DNA from: Auanema rhodensis
Taxonomy: Eukaryota > Animalia > Nematoda
Length of the DNA stretch: 64,000 bases
Direction: 5' to 3'
NCBI GenBank assembly: GCA_964057225.1
Contig: CAXKVF010000081.1
Coordinates: forward strand, 186,001-250,000
The notes under the pieces are model-generated. The model was given only the letters and a program-made list of their open reading frames with translations, had not been told where the DNA came from and ran no database searches. The position numbers and the translations under genes are program-made. This document shows, one piece after another, positions 1 to 11,792 of the stretch. The number at the start of each line of letters is the position of its first letter. Position 1 is the first letter of the stretch.

Positions 1-6
1 TCAAAG

Positions 7-21
7 TCATGGTTACCATGA
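7..21. repeat. Inverted repeat TCATGGT-T-ACCATGA in each monomer (contains a BstEII site, GGTNACC)
   Basis: 7-bp arms around a 1-nt centre at monomer positions 7-21. The outer pair is lost in the CACC monomer class. Confidence 0.95.
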
Positions 22-32
22 ACCAATATCAA

Positions 33-48
33 TAAAAATTTGTTTTTA
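33..48. repeat. Inverted repeat TAAAAA-TTTG-TTTTTA in each monomer
   Basis: 6-bp arms and a 4-nt spacer at monomer positions 33-48; low complexity. Confidence 0.8.
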
Positions 49-99
49 GACTAATATGGACATGAGGAATCTAATTTTGAAAACCGCATCTCTTTATCT

Positions 100-109
100 T
101 TCACGTGAA
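100..109. repeat. Perfect 10-bp palindrome TTCACGTGAA (E-box/G-box core) in each monomer
   Basis: Read directly at monomer positions 100-109. Protein binding is not demonstrated. Confidence 0.95.
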
Positions 110-125
110 GCGAGTTACATACCAA

Positions 126-151
126 GTGCACATCACGTGTACATTTAATTA
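126..151. repeat. Cluster of 6-bp palindromes GTGCAC, CACGTG, TGTACA, TAATTA in each monomer
   Basis: GTGCAC 126-131, CACGTG 134-139, TGTACA 138-143, TAATTA 146-151. Confidence 0.9.
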
Positions 152-1056
152 GCATAAATTAAAGTTCACGTAAATTTCAAAGTCATGGTTACCATGAAGC
201 AATATCAATAAAAATTTGTTTTTAGACTAATATGGACATGGGGAATCTAATTTTGAAAACCGCATCTCTTTATCTTTCACGTGAAGCGAGTTACATACCA
301 AGTACACATCACGTGTACATTTAATTAGCATAAATTAAAGTTTACGTAAATTTCAAAGTCATGGTTACCATGCACCAATATCAATAAAAATTTGTTTTTA
401 AACTAATATGGACATGGGGAATCTAATTTTGAAAACCGCATCTCTTTATCTTTCACGTGAAGCGAGTTACATACCAAGTGCACATCACGTGTACATTTAA
501 TTAGCATAAATTTAAGTTCACGTAAATTTCAAAGTCATGGTTACCATGAACCAATATCAATAAAAATTTGTTTTTAGACTAATATGGACATGGGGAATCT
601 AATTTTGAAAACCGCATCTCTTTATCTTTCACGTGAAGCGAGTTACATACCAAGTGCACATCACGTGTACATTTAATTAGCATAAATTAAAGTTCACGTA
701 AATTTCAAAGTCATGGTTACCATGAACCAATATCAATAAAAATTTGTTTTTAGACTAATATGGACATGGGGAATCTAATTTTGAAAACCGCATCTCTTTA
801 TCTTTCACGTGAAGCGAGTTACATACCAAGTGCACATCACGTGTACATTTAATTAGCATAAATTAAAGTTCACGTAAACTTCAAAGTCATGGTTACCATG
901 CACCAATATCAATAAAAATTTGTTTTTAGACTAATATGGACATGGGGAATCTAATTTTGAAAACCGCATCTCTTTATCTTTCACGTGAAGCGAGTTACAT
1001 ACCAAGTGCACATCACGTGTACATTTAATTAGCATAAATTAAAGTTCACGTAAATT

Positions 1057-4000
1057 TCAAAGTCATGGTTACCATGAACCAATATCAATAAAAATTTGTT
1101 TTTAGACTAATATGGACATGGGGAATCTAATTTTGAAAACCGCATCTCTTTATCTTTCACGTGAAGCGAGTTACATACCAAGTGCACATCACGTGTACAT
1201 TTAATTAGCATAAATTAAAGTTCACGTAAATTTCAAAGTCATGGTTACCATGAAGCAATATCAATAAAAATTTGTTTTTAGACTAATATGGACATGGGGA
1301 ATCTAATTTTGAAAACCGCATCTCTTTATCTTTCACGTGAAGCGAGTTACATACCAAGTGCACATCACGTGTACATTTAATTAGCATAAATTAAAGTTCA
1401 CGTAAATTTCAAAGTCATGGTTACCATGAACCAATATCAATAAAAATTTGTTTTTAGACTAATATGGACATGGGGAATCTAATTTTGAAAACCGCATCTC
1501 TTTATCTTTCACGTGAAGCGAGTTACATACCAAGTGCACATCACGTGTACATTTAATTAGCATAAATTGAAGTTCACGTAAATTTCAAAGTCATGGTTAC
1601 CATGAACCAATATCAATAAAAATTTGTTTTTAGACTAATATGGACATGGAGAATCTAATTTTGAAAACTGCATCTCTTTATCTTTCACGTGAAGCGAGTT
1701 ACATACCAAGTGCACATCACGTGTACATTTAATTAGCATAAATTAAAGTTCACGTAAATTTCAAAGTCATGGTTACCATGAAGCAATATCAATAAAAATT
1801 TGTTTTTAGACTAATATGGACATGGGGAATCTAATTTTGAAAACCGCATCTCTTTATCTTTCACGTGAAGCGAGTTACATACCAAGTGCACATCACGTGT
1901 ACATTTAATTAGCATAAATTAAAGTTCACGTAAATTTCAAAGTCATGGTTACCATGAACCAATATCAATAAAAATTTGTTTTTAGACTAATATGGACATG
2001 GGGAATCTATTTTTGAAAACCGCATCTCTTTATCTTTCACATGAAGCGAGTTACATACCAAGTGCACATCACGTGTTCATTTAATTAGCATAAATTAAAG
2101 TTCACGTAAATTTCAAAGTCATGGTTACCATGAAGCAATATCAATAAAAATTTGTTTTTAGACTAATATGGACATGGGGAATCTAATTTTGAAAACCGCA
2201 TCTCTTTATCTTTCACGTGAAGCGAGTTACATACCAAGTGCACATCACGTGTACATTTAATTAGCATAAATTAAAGTTCACGTAAATTTCAAAGTCATGG
2301 TTACCATGAACCAATATCAATAAAAATTTGTTTTTAGACTAATATGGACATGGGGAATCTAATTTTGAAAACCGCATCTCTTTATCTTTCACGTGAAGCG
2401 AGTTACATACCAAGTGCACATCACGTGTACATTTAATTAGCATAAATTAAAGTTCACGTAAATTTCAAAGTCATGGTTACCATGAACCAATATCAATAAA
2501 AATTTGTTTTTAGACTAATATGGACATGAGGAATCTATTTTTGAAAACCGCATCTCTTTATCTTTCACGTGAAGCGAGTTACATACCAAGTGCACATCAC
2601 GTGTACATTTAATTAGCATAAATTAAAGTTCACGTAAATTTCAAAGTCATGGTTACCATGAAGCAATATCAATAAAAATTTGTTTTTAGACTAATATGGA
2701 CATGGGGAATCTAATTTTGAAAACCGCATCTCTTTATCTTTCACGTGAAGCGAGTTACATACCAAGTGCACATCACGTGTACATTTAATTAGCATAAATT
2801 AAAGTTCACGTAAATTTCAAAGTCATGGTTACCATGAACCAATATCAATAAAAATTTGTTTTTAGACTAATATGGACATGGGGAATCTAATTGTGAAAAC
2901 CGCATCTCTTTATCTTTCACGTGAAGCGAGTTACATACCAAGTGCACATCACGTGTACATTTAATTAGCATAAATTAAAGTTCACGTAAATTTCAAAGTC
3001 ATGGTTACCATGAAGCAATATCAATAAAAATTTGTTTTTAGACTAATATGGACATGGGGAATCTAATTTTGAAAACCGCATCTCTTTATCTTTCACGTGA
3101 AGCGAGTTACATACCAAGTGCACATCACGTGTACATTTAATTAGCATAAATTAAAGTTCACGTAAATTTCAAAGTCATGGTTACCATGAACCAATATCAA
3201 TAAAAATTTGTTTTTAGACTAATATGGACATGGGGAATCTAATTTTGAAAACCGCATCTCTTTATCTTTCACGTGAAGCGAGTTACATACCAAGTGCACA
3301 TCACGTGTACATTTAATTAGCATAAATTAAAGTTCACGTAAATTTCAAAGTCATGGTTACCATGAAGCAATATCAATAAAAATTTGTTTTTAGACTAATA
3401 TGGACATGGGGAATCTAATTTTGAAAACCGCATCTCTTTATCTTTCACGTGAAGCGAGTTACATACCAAGTGCACATCACGTGTACATTTAATTAGCATA
3501 AATTAAAGTTCACGTAAATTTCAAAGTCATGGTTACCATGAACCAATATCAATAAAAATTTGTTTTTAGACTAATATGGACATGGGGAATCTATTTTTGA
3601 AAACCGCATCTCTTTATCTTTCACGTGAAGCGAGTTACATACCAAGTGCACATCACGTGTACATTTAATTAGCATAAATTGAAGTTCACGTAAATTTCAA
3701 AGTCATGGTTACCATGAACCAATATCAATAAAAATTTGTTTTTAGACTAATATGGACATGGAGAATCTAATTTTGAAAACTGCATCTCTTTATCTTTCAC
3801 GTGAAGCGAGTTACATACCAAGTGCACATCACGTGTACATTTAATTAGCATAAATTAAAGTTCACGTAAATTTCAAAGTCATGGTTACCATGAAGCAATA
3901 TCAATAAAAATTTGTTTTTAGACTAATATGGACATGGGGAATCTAATTTTGAAAACCGCATCTCTTTATCTTTCACGTGAAGCGAGTTACATACCAAGTG

Positions 4001-5104
4001 CACATCACGTGTACATTTAATTAGCATAAATTAAAGTTCACGTAAATTTCAAAGTCATGGTTACCATGAACCAATATCAATAAAAATTTGTTTTTAGACT
4101 AATATGGACATGGGGAATCTATTTTTGAAAACCGCATCTCTTTATCTTTCACATGAAGCGAGTTACATACCAAGTGCACATCACGTGTTCATTTAATTAG
4201 CATAAATTAAAGTTCACGTAAATTTCAAAGTCATGGTTACCATGAAGCAATATCAATAAAAATTTGTTTTTAGACTAATATGGACATGGGGAATCTAATT
4301 TTGAAAACCGCATCTCTTTATCTTTCACGTGAAGCGAGTTACATACCAAGTGCACATCACGTGTACATTTAATTAGCATAAATTAAAGTTCACGTAAATT
4401 TCAAAGTCATGGTTACCATGAACCAATATCAATAAAAATTTGTTTTTAGACTAATATGGACATGGGGAATCTAATTTTGAAAACCGCATCTCTTTATCTT
4501 TCACGTGAAGCGAGTTACATACCAAGTGCACATCACGTGTACATTTAATTAGCATAAATTAAAGTTCACGTAAATTTCAAAGTCATGGTTACCATGAACC
4601 AATATCAATAAAAATTTGTTTTTAGACTAATATGGACATGAGGAATCTATTTTTGAAAACCGCATCTCTTTATCTTTCACGTGAAGCGAGTTACATACCA
4701 AGTGCACATCACGTGTACATTTAATTAGCATAAATTAAAGTTCACGTAAATTTCAAAGTCATGGTTACCATGAAGCAATATCAATAAAAATTTGTTTTTA
4801 GACTAATATGGACATGGGGAATCTAATTTTGAAAACCGCATCTCTTTATCTTTCACGTGAAGCGAGTTACATACCAAGTGCACATCACGTGTACATTTAA
4901 TTAGCATAAATTAAAGTTCACGTAAATTTCAAAGTCATGGTTACCATGAACCAATATCAATAAAAATTTGTTTTTAGACTAATATGGACATGGGGAATCT
5001 AATTGTGAAAACCGCATCTCTTTATCTTTCACGTGAAGCGAGTTACATACCAAGTGCACATCACGTGTACATTTAATTAGCATAAATTAAAGTTCACGTA
5101 AATT
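1057..5104 (+). repeat. Local block duplication, 12-monomer (2112-bp) offset
   Basis: Rare variants recur at +2112: AATTGAAG (1569/3681), GGAGAAT with AAACTGC (1650/3762), the TCTATTT + CACATGA + GTGTTCA monomer (1937/4049), ATGAGG + TCTATTT (2465/4577) and ATTGTGAA (2817/4929). Confidence 0.9.
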
Positions 5105-7920
5105 TCAAAGTCATGGTTACCATGCACCAATATCAATAAAAATTTGTTTTTAGACTAATATGGACATGGGGAATCTAATTTTGAAAACCGCATCTCTTTA
5201 TCTTTCACGTGAAGCGAGTTACATACCAAGTGCACATCACGTGTACATTTAATTAGCATAAATTAAAGTTCACGTAAATTTCAAAGTCATGGTTACCATG
5301 AACCAATATCAATAAAAATTTGTTTTTAGACTAATATGGACATGGGGAATCTAATTTTGAAAACCGCATTTCTTTATCTTTCACGTGAAGCGAGTTACAT
5401 ACCAAGTGCACATCACGTGTACATTTAATTAGCATAAATTAAAGTTCACGTAAATTTCAAAGTCATGGTTACCATGCACCAATATCAATAAAAATTTGTT
5501 TTTAGACTAATATGGACATGGGGAATCTAATTTTGAAAACCGCATCTCTTTATCTTTCACGTGAAGCGAGTTACATACCAAGTGCACATCACGTGTACAT
5601 TTAATTAGCATAAATTAAAGTTCACGTAAATTTCAAAGTCATGGTTACCATGAACCAATATCAATAAAAATTTGTTTTTAGACTAATATGGACATGAGGA
5701 ATCTATTTTTGAAAACCGCATCTCTTTATCTTTCACGTGAAGCGAGTTACATACCAAGTGCACATCACGTGTACATTTAATTAGCATAAATTAAAGTTCA
5801 CGTAAATTTCAAAGTCATGGTTACCATGAACCAATATCAATAAAAATTTGTTTTTAGACTAATATGGACATGGGGAATCTAATTTTGAAAACCGCATCTC
5901 TTTATCTTTCACGTGAAGCGAGTTACATACCAAGTGCACATCACGTGTACATTTAATTAGCATAAATTAAAGTTCACGTAAATTTCAAAGTCATGGTTAC
6001 CATGAACCAATATCAATAAAAATTTGTTTTTAGACTAATATGGACATGGGGAATCTAATTTTGAAAACCGCATCTCTTTATCTTTCACGTGAAGCGAGTT
6101 ACATACCAAGTGCACATCACGTGTACATTTAATTAGCATAAATTAAAGTTCACGTAAATTTCAAAGTCATGGTTACCATGAACCAATATCAATAAAAATT
6201 TGTTTTTAGACTAATATGGACATGGGGAATCTAATTTTGAAAACCGCATCTCTTTATCTTTCACGTGAAGCGAGTTACATACCAAGTGCACATCACGTGT
6301 ACATTTAATTAGCATAAATTAAAGTTCACGTAAATTTCAAAGTCATGGTTACCATGCACCAATATCAATAAAAATTTGTTTTTAGACTAATATGGACATG
6401 GGGAATCTAATTTTGAAAACCGCATCTCTTTATCTTTCACGTGAAGCGAGTTACATACCAAGTGCACATCACGTGTACATTTAATTAGCATAAATTAAAG
6501 TTCACGTAAATTTCAAAGTCATGGTTACCATGAAGCAATATCAATAAAAATTTGTTTTTAGACTAATATGGACATGGGGAATCTAATTTTGAAAACCGCA
6601 TCTCTTTATCTTTCACGTGAAGCGAGTTACATACCAAGTGCACATCACGTGTACATTTAATTAGCATAAATTAAAGTTCACGTAAATTTCAAAGTCATGG
6701 TTACCATGAAGCAATATCAATAAAAATTTGTTTTTAGACTAATATGGACATGGGGAATCTAATTTTGAAAACCGCATCTCTTTATCTTTCACGTGAAGCG
6801 AGTTACATACCAAGTGCACATCACGTGTACATTTAATTAGCATAAATTAAAGTTCACGTAAATTTCAAAGTCATGGTTACCATGAACCAATATCAATAAA
6901 AATTTGTTTTTAGACTAATATGGACATGGGGAATCTAATTTTGAAAACCGCATTTCTTTATCTTTCACGTGAAGCGAGTTACATACCAAGTGCACATCAC
7001 GTGTACATTTAATTAGCATAAATTAAAGTTCACGTAAATTTCAAAGTCATGGTTACCATGCACCAATATCAATAAAAATTTGTTTTTAGACTAATATGGA
7101 CATGGGGAATCTAATTTTGAAAACCGCATCTCTTTATCTTTCACGTGAAGCGAGTTACATACCAAGTGCACATCACGTGTACATTTAATTAGCATAAATT
7201 AAAGTTCACGTAAATTTCAAAGTCATGGTTACCATGAACCAATATCAATAAAAATTTGTTTTTAGACTAATATGGACATGGGGAATCTAATTTTGAAAAC
7301 CGCATCTCTTTATCTTTCACGTGAAGCGAGTTACATACCAAGTGCACATCACGTGTACATTTAATTAGCATAAATTAAAGTTCACGTAAATTTCAAAGTC
7401 ATGGTTACCATGAACCAATATCAATAAAAATTTGTTTTTAAACTAATATGGACATGGGGAATCTAATTTTGAAAACCGCATCTCTTTATCTTTCACGTGA
7501 AGCGAGTTACATACCAAGTGCACATCACGTGTACATTTAATTAGCATAAATTAAAGTTCACGTAAACTTCAAAGTCATGGTTACCATGAAGCAATATCAA
7601 TAAAAATTTGTTTTTAGACTAATATGGACATGGGGAATCAAATTTTGAAAACCGCATCTCTTTATCTTTCACGTGAAGCGAGTTACATACCAAGTGCACA
7701 TCACGTGTACATTTAATTAGCATAAATTAAAGTTCACGTAAATTTCAAAGTCATGGTTACCATGAACCAATATCAATAAAAATTTGTTTTTAGACTAATA
7801 TGGACATGGGGAATCTAATTTTGAAAACCGCATCTCTTTATCTTTCACGTGAAGCGAGTTACATACCAAGTGCACATCACGTGTACATTTAATTAGCATA
7901 AATTAAAGTTCACGTAAATT

Positions 7921-10900
7921 TCAAAGTCATGGTTACCATGAACCAATATCAATAAAAATTTGTTTTTAGACTAATATGGACATGGGGAATCTAATTTTGA
8001 AAACCGCATCTCTTTATCTTTCACGTGAAGCGAGTTACATACCAAGTGCACATCACGTGTACATTTAATTAGCATAAATTAAAGTTCACGTAAATTTCAA
8101 AGTCATGGTTACCATGAACCAATATCAATAAAAATTTGTTTTTAAACTAATATGGACATGGGGAATCTAATTTTGAAAACCGCATCTCTTTATCTTTCAC
8201 GTGAAGCGAGTTACATACCAAGTGCACATCACGTGTACATTTAATTAGCATAAATTAAAGTTCACGTAAACTTCAAAGTCATGGTTACCATGAAGCAATA
8301 TCAATAAAAATTTGTTTTTAGACTAATATGGACATGGGGAATCTAATTTTGAAAACCGCATCTCTTTATCTTTCACGTGAAGCGAGTTACATACCAAGTG
8401 CACATCACGTGTACATTTAATTAGCATAAATTAAAGTTCACGTAAATTTCAAAGTCATGGTTACCATGAACCAATATCAATAAAAATTTGTTTTTAGACT
8501 AATATGGACATGGGGAATCTAATTTTGAAAACCGCATCTCTTTATCTTTCACGTGAAGCGAGTTACATACCAAGTGCACATCACGTGTACATTTAATTAG
8601 CATAAATTAAAGTTCACGTAAATTTCAAAGTCATGGTTACCATGAACCAATATCAATAAAAATTTGGTTTTAGACTAATATGGACATGGGGAATCTAATT
8701 TTGAAAACCGCATCTCTTTATCTTTCACGTGAAGCGAGTTACATACCAAGTGCACATCACGTGTACATTTAATTAGCATAAATTAAAGTTCACGTAAACT
8801 TCAAAGTCATGGTTACCATGAAGCAATATCAATAAAAATTTGTTTTTAGACTAATATGGACATGGGGAATCTAATTTTGAAAACCGCATCTCTTTATCTT
8901 TCACGTGAAGCGAGTTACATACCAAGTGCACATCACGTGTACATTTAATTAGCATAAATTAAAGTTCACGTAAATTTCAAAGTCATGGTTACCATGAACC
9001 AATATCAATAAAAATTTGTTTTTAGACTAATATGGACATGGGGAATCTAATTTTGAAAACCGCATCTCTTTATCTTTCACGTGAAGCGAGTTACATACCA
9101 AGTGCACATCACGTGTACATTTAATTAGCATAAATTAAAGTTCACGTAAATTTCAAAGTCATGGTTACCATGAACCAATATCAATAAAAATTTGGTTTTA
9201 GACTAATATGGACATGGGGAATCTAATTTTGAAAACCGCATCTCTTTATCTTTCACGTGAAGCGAGTTACATACCAAGTGCACATCACGTGTACATTTAA
9301 TTAGCATAAATTAAAGTTCACGTAAATTTCAAAGTCATGGTTACCATGAACCAATATCAATAAAAATTTGTTTTTAGACTAATATGGACATGGGGAATCT
9401 AATTTTGAAAACCGCATCTCTTTATCTTTCACGTGAAGCGAGTTACATACCAAGTGCACATCACGTGTACATTTAATTAGCATAAATTAAAGTTCACGTA
9501 AATTTCAAAGTCATGGTTACCATGCACCAATATCAATAAAAATTTGTTTTTAGACTAATATGGACATGGGGAATCTAATTTTGAAAACCGCATCTCTTTA
9601 TCTTTCACGTGAAGCGAGTTACATACCAAGTGCACATCACGTGTACATTTAATTAGCATAAATTAAAGTTCACGTAAATTTCAAAGTCATGGTTACCATG
9701 AACCAATATCAATAAAAATTTGTTTTTAGACTAATATGGACATGAGGAATCTATTTTTGAAAACCGCATCTTTTTATCTTTCACGTGAAGCGAGTTACAT
9801 ACCAAGTGCACATCACGTGTACATTTAATTAGCATAAATTAAAGTTCACGTAAATTTCAAAGTCATGGTTACCATGAACCAATATCAATAAAAATTTGTT
9901 TTTAGACTAATATGGACATGGGGAATCTAATTTTGAAAACCGCATCTCTTTATCTTTCACGTGAAGCGAGTTACATACCAAGTGCACATCACGTGTACAT
10001 TTAATTAGCATAAATTAAAGTTCACGTAAATTTCAAAGTCATGGTTACCATGAACCAATATCAATAAAAATTTGTTTTTAAACTAATATGGACATGGGGA
10101 ATCTAATTTTGAAAACCGCATCTCTTTATCTTTCACGTGAAGCGAGTTACATACCAAGTGCACATCACGTGTACATTTAATTAGCATAAATTAAAGTTCA
10201 CGTAAACTTCAAAGTCATGGTTACCATGAAGCAATATCAATAAAAATTTGTTTTTAGACTAATATGGACATGGGGAATCTAATTTTGAAAACCGCATCTC
10301 TTTATCTTTCACGTGAAGCGAGTTACATACCAAGTGCACATCACGTGTACATTTAATTAGCATAAATTAAAGTTCACGTAAATTTCAAAGTCATGGTTAC
10401 CATGAACCAATATCAATAAAAATTTGTTTTTAGACTAATATGGACATGGGGAATCTAATTTTGAAAACCGCATCTCTTTATCTTTCACGTGAAGCGAGTT
10501 ACATACCAAGTGCACATCACGTGTACATTTAATTAGCATAAATTAAAGTTCACGTAAATTTCAAAGTCATGGTTACCATGAACCAATATCAATAAAAATT
10601 TGGTTTTAGACTAATATGGACATGGGGAATCTAATTTTGAAAACCGCATCTCTTTATCTTTCACGTGAAGCGAGTTACATACCAAGTGCACATCACGTGT
10701 ACATTTAATTAGCATAAATTAAAGTTCACGTAAACTTCAAAGTCATGGTTACCATGAAGCAATATCAATAAAAATTTGTTTTTAGACTAATATGGACATG
10801 GGGAATCTAATTTTGAAAACCGCATCTCTTTATCTTTCACGTGAAGCGAGTTACATACCAAGTGCACATCACGTGTACATTTAATTAGCATAAATTAAAG

Positions 10901-11792
10901 TTCACGTAAATTTCAAAGTCATGGTTACCATGAACCAATATCAATAAAAATTTGTTTTTAGACTAATATGGACATGGGGAATCTAATTTTGAAAACCGCA
11001 TCTCTTTATCTTTCACGTGAAGCGAGTTACATACCAAGTGCACATCACGTGTACATTTAATTAGCATAAATTAAAGTTCACGTAAATTTCAAAGTCATGG
11101 TTACCATGAACCAATATCAATAAAAATTTGGTTTTAGACTAATATGGACATGGGGAATCTAATTTTGAAAACCGCATCTCTTTATCTTTCACGTGAAGCG
11201 AGTTACATACCAAGTGCACATCACGTGTACATTTAATTAGCATAAATTAAAGTTCACGTAAATTTCAAAGTCATGGTTACCATGAACCAATATCAATAAA
11301 AATTTGTTTTTAGACTAATATGGACATGGGGAATCTAATTTTGAAAACCGCATCTCTTTATCTTTCACGTGAAGCGAGTTACATACCAAGTGCACATCAC
11401 GTGTACATTTAATTAGCATAAATTAAAGTTCACGTAAATTTCAAAGTCATGGTTACCATGCACCAATATCAATAAAAATTTGTTTTTAGACTAATATGGA
11501 CATGGGGAATCTAATTTTGAAAACCGCATCTCTTTATCTTTCACGTGAAGCGAGTTACATACCAAGTGCACATCACGTGTACATTTAATTAGCATAAATT
11601 AAAGTTCACGTAAATTTCAAAGTCATGGTTACCATGAACCAATATCAATAAAAATTTGTTTTTAGACTAATATGGACATGAGGAATCTATTTTTGAAAAC
11701 CGCATCTTTTTATCTTTCACGTGAAGCGAGTTACATACCAAGTGCACATCACGTGTACATTTAATTAGCATAAATTAAAGTTCACGTAAATT
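7921..11792 (+). repeat. Tandem duplication of an 11-monomer (1936-bp) block
   Basis: 7921-9856 matches 9857-11792 at every variant I could read: TTTAAACTA + AAACTTC (8097/10033), TTTGGTTTT (8625/10561 and 9153/11089), CACC (9505/11441), ATGAGG + TCTATTT + TCTTTTTAT (9681/11617). Confidence 0.92.

Larger units (their letters stand above)
1..176 (+). repeat. Representative 176-bp monomer (arbitrary phase; this copy carries G65A relative to consensus)
   Basis: Read directly; the next unit starts at 177. This copy has CATGAGGAAT where most copies have CATGGGGAAT. Confidence 0.98.

Noticed and set aside
31-36. AATAAA polyadenylation signal in each monomer
   Set aside because: Expected by chance in an A-rich tract, with no transcript context.
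132-176. Budding-yeast point centromere (CDEI-like ATCACGTG followed by AT-rich DNA)
   Set aside because: There is no ~80-bp >90% AT CDEII or CDEIII consensus at the right spacing, and point centromeres are single-copy. Only the 8-bp motif matches.
1-176. CENP-B box, or identity with known ~176-bp satellites such as Brassica CentBr or the honeybee AluI repeat
   Set aside because: No TTCG....A..CGGG pattern is seen on either strand. The consensus has no AAGCTT or AGCT site and does not resemble what I recall of CentBr. Shared length alone is not evidence.
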